Positions 1 to 9,670 of a DNA stretch of 64,000 nucleotides are shown here, in pieces. The stretch's first letter is position 1, and every line of letters begins with the position of its first letter. The notes under the pieces are model-generated. The model worked only from the letters and a program-made list of their open reading frames with translations. It did not search any database and was not told the origin of the DNA. The position numbers were made by a program, and so were the translations under genes. Source of the stretch: Psilocybe cubensis (lineage: Eukaryota); NCBI GenBank assembly GCA_017499595.2, contig CM039004.1:186001-250000 (forward strand). The letters are read 5' to 3'.

Positions 1-1831
1 CCTCTAGCTCTAGCTCTAACAGAACAACAACACTGAACAAGTCCGCGGAGACCGTATTTCATATTTTAAGTCTTGTATTATGTGTACATGTGAATGTGAA
101 TGTAACTGGAAGTCGGAAGGCGGAGGTAACACCAACACTCACACCAACACAGACGGCGATCACAAGGGAATGAACATGCAAGTAAATGCAACTACAACTT
201 GACCACATTGCCTCAAACATGTAAACATTTCAAATAAACTTTTATAAAATTATATATCAAAAGCTTGTGCAACAGCGAGTATATGAGTCAGCGAGTACAT
301 GAGTCTGTCAAACCCAAGGCAGACTCCAGGAAAACTCCAGGCAGACTCAAGGAAAACTTGTCACTCCAGGAGTCAGAACCGACCGTGACATTCAGACGCA
401 AACAAACAGACATATAAGGAAGAAGACAACACAAATACACAAACAAACGGCTAGATCATTAAAGCGTGGGAACTAACCTCGCCGTTCGCTTGACTTGCCA
501 ATCTAACACCCAACACAATGATCAATCTATTCCAACGTATGTCTCCTGGAGGGGGCGAGGGGATTTTGCTCGAGTGCGAGGTTGAGGTCGAGGTCGGAGT
601 CGAGGTCGGAGTCGGAGTTGAGGGAAGGTGTAAGGCCAAGCACACGGGCAAGGGACAGGGCAAGGGCAAGAAGGGTGGGGGCAATCGCGGGAACCTGAAT
701 TCTGGAAACACACTCGAACAACACCCAATGTACTAGTACATGTCCATTAGCCTCGCAGAATAAGAGCTCTAATATCTATATTGTACCACGCCACCATCAT
801 CAAAATGATATTAAATATTATGACTCTTGCCTTTCCCGCTTTTGTTTTTACCCTTTTCAAACGTCACTATCTTGCCGCGATAGTAGTAGTAATTATGTAC
901 TAATTAGCAGTAGCAATAGTAGAGTTTAGGTCAGTGCGGAAGATAGTCGTGCGTCGGCGCTACGACCGAGCTAGCTAGTAAAATCCAATTTCCACTTTCC
1001 AGTATTCCTTTACACCTATATCATTTAAGCATGTATATGGTAGTTATTTATCTTTTTTGAAGCTGTGCCTAGTTACACTGATGATGGTCACACATTCCAG
1101 GTTCGGGGAGAATGTATATTACTTATAATTATTGTTATTCCCAGTACGATGCAGACCCCCTCGCATTTACGAGCTTAAGCTTAAGCTCAAGGTCCGGTCT
1201 CTCGTTGGAATATAATATGCAATGCTAATAGTCAAAGGAGTGTCACTCGTGTCAACGGTAGATTAAATCTCAACAAGGCACTACTTCCAATTCTAATTCG
1301 AAATCAGACAGATCGACTGGAACCTGCGAACCGTCGCAAGCTGAATGTGTGTCGACGTCGGACGACAACACGGTCAGGGGTACCGGGTACCGAGAATCCT
1401 GTTGAGATTATAATATGGGAAACTGTAGTACACATGCTGCACAGCAGCTAATAGCTGCAACACAGACACAGACCAATTGAAGCCAATAAATAGCTGCTCC
1501 TAGTGCGCATAGCTGACATAATTTCCACTTGTGTTTGTTTGTACATCAAATAATTCAGAGTTTCTCAATCCAAATGTCCTGTCCTGTCCTGTCCTGATAC
1601 ATATCTATCAAACAATAGTCAATACCCAATAATCACTACCCAACAAGGAAAATAAGTAAAAGTAAACTCACATATCCAAAAAGGATTAGCGTCCATATAT
1701 CAATTCCAATTCCAACTCTCCCCACTCAGTCGGACAGATTGCGATGGAGATATACATATATCTATCTGATGTCGATGTCTTCCATCGCCGACCAGAAGCA
1801 GAACCAGAACCGGAACCAGAACCAGAAGTCA

Positions 1832-3754
1832 GACTCGACCAGCATGGAACTTGAATTGGAAGCACCCTCGACATGACACGCCAATGTCGAGCCAGTCGTC
1901 CTCTTCCCAGGTCAACCGGCCCGACTTGCATCCCCCCGAGAAGAAAGAGATAAAAGACAACATGAATTCCAAAATGGGCAAGCAAGTTGCTTGTTTAAAA
2001 TGGAAGAACAGTCAAACGTCGCCTCGATCATAGGGGTGCATAATGCTTATCAAGTGGCTGATATATAGTAGTAATAGTGGAGATGCAGGGGAGGTAATCG
2101 TTAATATTAAATAATATTTTTAATCAACAGTGATACCGACTCACCGAGCACCGACGAGTAACAACCGCGAATCTTCTGCGTCCTTCGTTACCATATCCGC
2201 ATCCGCATCCGCATCCGCAATCTGCGCGGCCGAGATATGTGCATTGGTCATTACTTTCCTTCTTTACATGTTCACTTCCATGATATGATCTCCAGACCCG
2301 TGCTGCTGGCTACTTACACTTCAATTACACTTCCAATTACATAGCGTAGAATAGGGTTAGGTATATTTATAACTGTTAGTGTTAGTGTTATGTCAAAGTC
2401 TCCTAAGTCTTCGGAGCGCGCTCAATTTGGATATCGAGGCTCAGAGCCGCTGAATTGTGCAAATGCCAAACGCTCGTCGGGGAGTTCAGTCCCGGTGGTA
2501 CTATGTTCACACTGATCAACGGTAGGTGGTATCAAAACATCACGCTGACCATGATTACTACTTGATTAAGTGAAAAAACAACCCGCTAACCAATTGCATC
2601 AGCATTTTTTGGCTGCATAAAACTATACATCCCAGTCACACGCCGCGCGCGCTCAACGACATCTACCGACAAAAATGTAACCCGGAGAGACTTTCACCGG
2701 ACCTTCAAATTAAAACCATTCTGCATTCCCGACAATGACAATAGCTTAGCTTGTTTTCTCATGACACAGGGCAGCGAAGCTAACCCACCTAACCCAGATC
2801 CACCCGCGCTATTGACGTGCCGTGCCACATCTGGATGCCCTATCACATACACACGTAGCGCGGAAGCACAGTGAAGCACGAATCCCAAAGCGTCAAGTAT
2901 GCATCGGTGACGCGAGGACTCTGACCTCTGACAAGGGGTAAGTAGATAGCTTATCAGACGTCGCATCCCCATCCTTCCCAGCCCACGAAAGAAAGCACCT
3001 TCTTGTTCGTTCCTGGACCGGGTGGAGCATCCTATCTCCTTTGTTTGTTGTTCGCAGGGATGGGTAATAGCCAGCACCATCTGATTAACAAGAAATATTC
3101 CTGGAAGAAAATCGTCGTTGTTAGTTTGAGCACACGCATGTTCCATGCCCATGTTCAACAATCAGGGTGAAAGGGTGAAAGGTTCCATGATGGTCAGATT
3201 TCGAATTTCCAACCTTACCCTACGTTTCAATTTCGAGTCTATGAGTACCCTCACTGAACTGACATGACATAATAGAGCTCTCCGAAGACAGAAGACAGAG
3301 GTTCCAGTTCAGCGGGCACACAGGCACATCCGAATCCGAATCCGAGGCGTTTGCGTTTGCCACCGCCACGACAGAACAGAACAGAACAGCGTCATTCGTA
3401 CACTCCTTACTCTTCCATCTTCATGTCATTCCGACCTTCAGCTTCGGGTGTGACTATATACAACCATATACAACTCACACGCGCATCGCTCAAAACACCC
3501 ACCTGTAATTTATATCTCCACAAACACACACCAGTTTCCAAACAAAGACACCCAGAAAATTACGGAGTACAATATTATACAAACACCAAACACGAAACAC
3601 GAAACAGATTAAAAACCTTACCGCCACCGGACTGATCTTCTACTTGTACGTTTCTACTGTCCTCCCTCCTAGACTCGAATACGTATGTATGTATGGGAAG
3701 TGATATCTGGAAGAGCATATGTATATGATCATGAGTAAGAGCCTCACGCTAACA
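1832..3754. repeat. A1: left terminal A segment; left part diverged, right part matches internal copies
   Basis: SNPs and indels versus 9671-10189 up to position 2352 (AATAGGG vs AACAGGG); no differences seen afterwards. Confidence 0.93.
2694..3152 (-). CDS. Possible orphan ORF (~152 aa from ATG, MGMEHACAQ...) in segment A; present in all 7 A copies
   Basis: Longest ORF of the unit and still open in the diverged A7 (54354-54818), where I count 4 synonymous and 3 non-synonymous changes. No recognisable domain. Confidence 0.2.
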   Translation of the reverse strand: MGMEHACAQTNNDDFLPGIFLVNQMVLAITHPCEQQTKEIGCSTRSRNEQEGAFFRGLGRMGMRRLISYLLTPCQRSESSRHRCILDALGFVLHCASALRVYVIGHPDVARHVNSAGGSGLGGLASLPCVMRKQAKLLSLSGMQNGFNLKVR

Positions 3755-6700
3755 GGCTTAGTACTTCGTAGTGCAGTTGAAAGTGAAAAAGCGGCGTTGT
3801 GTGTTAAAATCGGGGGAATGCGTGATGATAATTTCCAAATGTAGAGCGAGTTACCATATTTTGACGACCCTGAGTGAAAGAGATAGAAGTTTTTTCTTAA
3901 ATTTTGCTAGGTGAACTTGCATAGGTTCTCCCCGCCCGAAGGCCTGCCATATATTTTTCTATCTACAACAAACAAGGTGCCTAAAGAATCCTGTCATGTC
4001 GGCACCCTTCAAAGTTGATAGGAAGTCGGGAAGTTGTCATCGCGGAAACTCCTAATCTAGATGGGCAGTAACATAGCTTTCATTGTCACGGTACAAATGT
4101 TGCAACACGATACAGAATTGAACAGTGAAACTTACCTGCAAGTTTGCCTTGACGACACGCACCGCGATCGCCTCCAAGCACATGTTGTAGGTTGTATTGT
4201 GCACATACGTCTTTGGGATACCTGTGAACTTCCTGTCAGTCTCGCTGCAGCTCGATGTAAAAAGAACAAGCGCTCAACAACACATGCTGCTGGCAGAATA
4301 GTTGGACACGGACACAAAACATTGCTTGCGGGAACTTCAGAAACCAAAGTTCAAATTCTGCAAACGGAGAATGGTGAGAACACGCTACAGAATTGGACCA
4401 TACAACCTACGTGGACTCAATACCCGGCCGCGGGAACCTCAGAGCACAGAACATTGCTCGCGGGAACTCCAAAAATCGAATTTTGAAATCTGGCGACAGA
4501 GAACCTCTGAGCACAAAATGTTGCTCGCGGGAAGTCCAAAAAACCGGCTGCTGACAGAATAGTGAGGACACAATACAGAGTTGGGAAATAGCACCTACGT
4601 GGACTCGACAGCCGCGGGAACTTCAGAGCACAAAACATTGCTCGCGGGAACTCCAAAAAACCGAACATCGAATTCTGGTAACCGAATAGTGAGTACACAA
4701 GATGTAATTGGACAATGCCCGGCCAGAACATTGGTCCCAAAATACTGTTCAAGAGAATAGTGAGGAAACGACACGGAATTGGACAACGGCACCTACGTGG
4801 ACTTGACACCCAGCCCGGGGGAACACAATGGCCGTGAAAAAACATCGCTCGCGGGAGCTCCAAAAATCAATTTTTAAAATCTGCTGAGAGAATAGTGAGT
4901 ACACGATATGGAGTTGAGCAATGACACGTACGTGGACTCGACACCCAGGCCGCGGGAACTCCAAATATTGAATTTGAGCACACTGTGCGTGTCGGCGGAC
5001 GTCCAAATATCAAATATGGGTGGGGTGCTCGCCGGAGCTCCAAAAATGCTGTTCAAGAGAGTAGTGAGGACACAACACAGACTTGGACACCAACACCTAC
5101 CTGGACTCAACACCCAGGTCATGGGAACACAATGCCAGTGAAAAACATTGCTCGCGGGAGACCCAAAAATCAATTCTTAAATTCTGTTGAGAGAATAGTG
5201 AGTACACGATGCAGAGTTGGACAATGACACGTACGTGGACTCGACACCCAGGCCGCGGGAACTCCAAATATCGAATTTGAGTACACCGTGATGGCCTAGC
5301 AGTGTCGGCGGACGTCCAAATATCAAATTTGGGTGGGACAGCATCATGTAGCGGACTGGCATAAACTCGGGATACAATCCCTGGCAAAGGAAAAAAATCA
5401 AAGTCGACCTATATACCGCATATTCAAGCTCCGCTATCCCTGCCACAAACAAACCCAAATTCTTCTAGCTCTGATCAATTTCGCTCCTATCAAGGTATAC
5501 GTACATATCCCGCTCCAGCTCAATTTTCAGACCGTAGAATACTTCATCTTCAATTCAACCCTGAAGATACTTTGAATTCAGTCTACAAAACAAAATGACA
5601 CTCAACTTTACATCACAGACACGAGTTCGAATGAAGACAACGCTTCAAGATCAAAAATAACGCACAAGTCCTCAATAACGAAACCACGCCGCTAGCGAAT
5701 ATCGGCTACTAGTAAGCAATATCTGGATCTAAAACCCAGCCCGTCGGTGCCCACAAACCAATCGTGCGGTTTTCAGGGTCGAAAATCTGCCTTTGAATGA
5801 CGCAAGTCTATCAAATTCAGGCCCCAAATTGAGTTTCCGGCTATTTTAGGTATGGTTGAAAGCTCAATTCTAAGGATTAACTGTGGATGCGTGTGATTCT
5901 GATGCAATTCTCTGTTTGTTCAAGGTAAGATTCCAACTAAAAGTCTATGTCGCATTTTCGGACTCAAAATCCGTGATTGATCGCTCCCCAGCGATTATAC
6001 GTCACTAGGTACTATCTTATTTGTCTGTGTCGCCGGACGCCCACAAACAAGTTCACAACCCGAGCCAAATTCGGATTGCCATGCTAATTTAAATAGTGCC
6101 TACGTCCAGACGGGTAGAAAAACATGTTTAAACTCTGAAAACGGGTATATATAACGTACCTTGCCTGCTTTCCATAGCCGGGACCTGTCCAAAAATATAT
6201 TTAAAACTGACATTAACACTCGTCGATAGAACTCGAATGGCGGTTGTTGAAGCTCCTGGAAAACGGTAACATTGCATTCACTGCTAGAGAACAAGACAGG
6301 CTTATCTATACCAGTTTAGTTCATTAGGAGAGGTTGGAAACTACGCTACACAGACAGATCTTTGCATAGTAACCGTTTAAACACATTTCAAGCTCACCAA
6401 ATCATATAACGGATGAAAACAGCGAGCCAACAGTATACAATGAGCATACTTCACAAAGGTCACCGTGTCTGTACAAATTTGTGCACTCCAGACGCTCGTA
6501 AACTATCTAAATTAACATTCAAATCGAAATAACCCACTACACGGACCCACAACCACCACTAAAGACACCCGGAAACGGCTGGAATGAGGTACATACAGAG
6601 ATACCCCACCGATAGCATCACTAACCCACAAGCCAGACCTGCTCGCATGTCACATAGACCACATCCAACGCCACGAACCAACCTCCTCCTCCTCCCCATT

Positions 6701-6870
6701 TACACATCCACAAGCATCTCAACCCGCGTTCTTTTCGCCCCCTTCGCGTTTCAGACCCATTACGACACCCCTTACATACACGATCGAACTATCTGTCAGA
6801 AGAAAATGAGAGGAAGACGCGGTGAACTCGACGAACGTTGCTGTGTGCTGGCAGCACATACACGCTATTT
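3755..6870 (-). ncRNA. Putative spliced non-coding transcript, left arm of B (ends approximate)
   Basis: Minus-strand TATAAA at 6897-6902 followed by a CT-rich tract; many minus-strand GT..AG segments including six regular introns at 4358-5234. My manual splicing of 5380-4797 reaches stops. No expression data. Confidence 0.35.
4287..5335 (-). repeat. Degenerate tandem exon-intron repeat (~130-190 bp monomers, ~303-bp higher-order dimer); present in every B
   Basis: Recurring motifs GAATAGTGAG(T/G)ACAC, C(C/G)TACGTGGACTCGAC, GCCGCGGGAACTCC, AACATTGCTCGCGGGA. On the minus strand monomers contain a 51-53-nt GTA(C/G)GT...CTCAC...CAG intron-like segment (5184-5234, 5049-5100, 4881-4931, 4745-4796, 4548-4598, 4358-4410). 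Confidence 0.85.
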
Positions 6871-6896
6871 GCGCAGAGAACGCGGTTTTGTACGTG

Positions 6897-6902
6897 TTTA
6901 TA
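6897..6902 (-). promoter_or_regulatory. Putative TATA box of the leftward transcription unit
   Basis: CTCTATAAAC on the minus strand, followed ~80-110 nt downstream by TCTTCCTCTCATTTTCTTCT. Confidence 0.35.
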
Positions 6903-8046
6903 GAGTCAGAGGGGCTATATGGTAACTTGAGTGGTATCCGGATATCGTTGGGAGGTTGGTGAGGCCGTGGATTCGCGGTCGAGGGTTGTTTGTGCAAATG
7001 ATCCCTGCATGTTGAAATCGCCCGTTTCACTCGAAATATCGTATATCTGTGCGTTTATGGTGAATGTGGGTGATTGTACACACAATATATTTCGCCACTT
7101 GATGTTCGAGATTGAAAATGTCAAGTCAGTTCTCAAATTCATCGAAACAATATCCATACTCGCCTCTTCTCCTCCACCCCGAATCCACCGCTCTTCTCTC
7201 AAATTTCGAACCGGATTCATATCACCCCCTAATCTATGAATACCCACTAGTCTATCTCACGTACATACTCGCATAATCCGAAGCTCAAACACGAAAATTT
7301 TCATCCATCTCCCGAGCACCGAATTCAGTTCTCCAGCACTAGAGCACAAAAACCACGTACGAGTTCAATAAAGACGCAAATTAAGAATACACCGAATGCA
7401 CACTAACACGTTTCGGATGTTCAGATAGTGCTCCAGGTTTGAATTTTTGCAACACAACTCACCAAGTGTGCATGATCCTCGGATGTCTCTCCCCGTCCCA
7501 TTCTTCCGAAAGAATGGCATTTTCAAACGACTTTGTTGTCAAGGGTTCTATTCGGGTGATACGTAATAGTGAACGGTGTTTTGAAAATGTTGGATCGAGC
7601 GGTGTCTTGACAAAAGCTAGATGTCGATGTTATGTATATTTCACTGAAATGCATTGTACGTACGGATTCAACGCGATGGCAATGACATACCGAGTAGTAG
7701 CAGAGTGAATAATTCAAATCTTGCAGCAGAGTGGCACTGTACTCGATAAAGCTGGAAGAAAGTTGACATTGCAAGAAATTCCATGTTTGAATCCAAACCG
7801 AAACGAAATGTCCATCAAACACACCGAAACAAAATGTCCAAATCAAACACACCAAAAACACATCTATTCACAGTTCCAAAAGGTTTAACGACAGAAGCAA
7901 GCCGTACATACCCTCGGCTAGCACTCGCTTCGCATTGAACTAGCAAAAACTCATTCGTAGATCCTCAAACTCGGACCCTGCAAAGCACGGTACAACCCGA
8001 AATTGCATAGCGTACCGGTGTACGTACAGCGGCGTGTTTCTGGGAC

Positions 8047-8135
8047 TATAAAAGGGTGCGTGAATCGACTCACTTTTTCCCATTCCACTCCCACTCCCCT
8101 CTCAGGGGTCCTCTCCTCTCTCCTCCCCTGTTCTG
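8047..8135 (+). promoter_or_regulatory. Putative core promoter: TATAAAA plus CT-rich box
   Basis: GGGACTATAAAAGGG at 8042-8056, then a ~60-nt pyrimidine tract (CACTTTTTCCCATTCCACTCCCACTCCCCT...CTCTCCTCTCTCCTCCCCT) and a canonical first intron at 8155-8219; typical fungal Pol II layout. Confidence 0.6.
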
Positions 8136-9660
8136 CACGGTGTCGGTTGTTCAGGTAAGCTATTCAGCTGCGCTTTGACACCGCGACTGACGGTGTTTTA
8201 CCGCCTGTTTGTGTGCCAGGTCATCGACTCGACTGACGAGCAGAGCACAGCAGACGTGTCCTGCACACGGTGAGTGAACTGCTTGGGTCTGTTGAGACGA
8301 TGCTGAATGGTGGTGTCGTGGTCTAGACGCGTTGTAGCGACATATTCAGTGAGTACGAGTGAAAATGTGTGACTCGCCTCATCCTGACGCGTCCCCCTTG
8401 CCCCCATTGCCACAGGTCATTGTGCTGCTCATGGGTTGACGTGTCGCGCTGGAACGTGAGTACGAACCCTACACACACGTACATAACCACTCCCATAGTG
8501 CTGCAAGACCCTTCTCGTGTCGTTTCACGCTCTCTGCCGCGTTGTTGAGAACTCGATTGAGGCCGGGCTAGAATGAGAGGTAGATGTGAGTACGAGCCTT
8601 ACACACATGTACATGACCACTCACCGGACACTTCCATTGTGCTTGTCGTTCCGCCCTCTCTGCGCCGTGGCGCCATGGTCTGTGAGTACAAGTAAAAACA
8701 AGATAGTCACGCCACGCTGAAGCTCTTTTCCTCACCCGATGACTGCTCGCCGTATACAAGAGGACCCGCCCATTGCACAGCAAGACCCTTACACCACCAC
8801 CCGTCATTTCGCCCTGTCTGCCGATTTGTGCATCGTGAGATGCGCCATAGCGCCATGTCCTGTGAGTACATATGAAAATGGCCTGGTCGCGTCATGCTGA
8901 AGCACCCTTCTTCACCCCCGCTATCACAGGTTGCCACCCATAGCACTGGACCTCGAGGCAACAGTGAGTACTAAATCCCAAACACATATAGATGTCCGCT
9001 CACCGTGTGTAAAAGGACCATTTTGTTGTGATGCAAAGAGACCTTCCCCGCCCATCGCTTTGCCCGTTGGATGCGCCGCGGCGCTGTGTTCAGTGAGTAA
9101 AGTGAATATAAAACCCCTTCACTGAATCACCTCGTCTCGACCTAGTGTCCAGTGTTGTGTTGAGGCTAGGCATATTGGTGAGTAAGAGGACGACGGCCTG
9201 GCCAACCCCTCGTTTATGACCTTGTAAGCTGAATAGATGGTGTCCAGTGTTGTGCAGGAGGGTGTAATGGATGTGTCGGGGTTAGGCATGGTGGTGAGTA
9301 AGACTACATAACCACTCACCGTGTGTAAGAGGATGACGTCCCTCATTTTTGACCTCGTACACTGCCAAAGTGCTGTCCCACCCCGCTCGCCTCTAACAGC
9401 CCCGCACAACCACTCGTTTTCGACCTCGTATGCTTGGTGTCTAGTGTTGGGCAGGAGGATATAAGTGATGTGTTGATGTTAGGCATAGTGGTGAGTAAGA
9501 CTACATAACTGCTCACCGTGTGCAAGAGGATGACGTCCCTCATTTTTGACCTTGTACACTGCCAGAGTGCTGTCCCACCCCGCTCGCCTCTGATAAGACC
9601 CCACGGACCAGACGGAAAGTTGTAGGCATGGTACGTGATGATTATGCGTCGGGAAACAGT
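8075..9660 (+). ncRNA. Putative multi-intron non-coding transcript, right arm of B (~12 donor sites, mostly short exons)
   Basis: Donor GTAAGC at 8155 and GTGAGT at 8270, 8349, 8456, 8586, 8682, 8862, 8964, 9093, 9178, 9294, 9491. Well-formed introns 8155-8219, 8270-8326, 8349-8415, 8862-8929, 8964-9015, 9093-9145, 9178-9236. First spliced ATG reads ATG GGT TGA. Confidence 0.5.
9238..9591 (+). repeat. Two-copy 197-bp direct tandem duplication within the right arm of B
   Basis: GTGGTGAGTAAGACTACATAAC...GCTGTCCCACCCCGCTCGCCTCT occurs at ~9291-9394 and ~9488-9591. Confidence 0.9.
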
Positions 9661-9670
9661 GGTTAGACTC

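Larger units (their letters stand above)
3755..9670. repeat. B1: 5.9-kb core segment, apparently non-coding; possibly a non-autonomous mobile element
   Basis: Found only between A copies; starts GGCTTAGTAC and ends ...GTGGTTAGACTC (right boundary ambiguous by ~6 bp). Longest ORF is 148 aa and none is recognisable. Confidence 0.9.

Noticed and set aside
451-736. Short ORFs on both strands
   Set aside because: Explained by hexamer low-complexity runs (GAGGTC, GGGCAA); no domain or clear gene structure.
1171-1188. 18-bp perfect palindrome GAGCTTAAGCTTAAGCTC
   Set aside because: A by-product of a short (CTTAAG)n repeat; no supporting context.
1686-2250. Minus-strand spliced gene crossing the left array boundary
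   Set aside because: The plausible donor at ~2144 and acceptor at ~1925 do not join the open frames; composition is driven by microsatellites.
2352-2362. Telomere-like TAGGGTTAGG at the edge of the crossover zone
   Set aside because: Fewer than two repeat units; compatible with chance.
4358-5234. Introner-like mobile introns
   Set aside because: Exons between the similar introns are also paralogous, so tandem duplication explains it better than independent insertions.
4287-5335. CRISPR array
   Set aside because: Eukaryotic context, degenerate repeats, 'spacers' homologous to each other, no cas genes.
4061-5575. Overlapping 65-148-aa ORFs as repeat-peptide (RiPP/KEX2-type) precursors
   Set aside because: ORFs occur in many frames on both strands, motifs switch frames, there is no signal peptide or regular dibasic sites, and splicing does not restore one frame.
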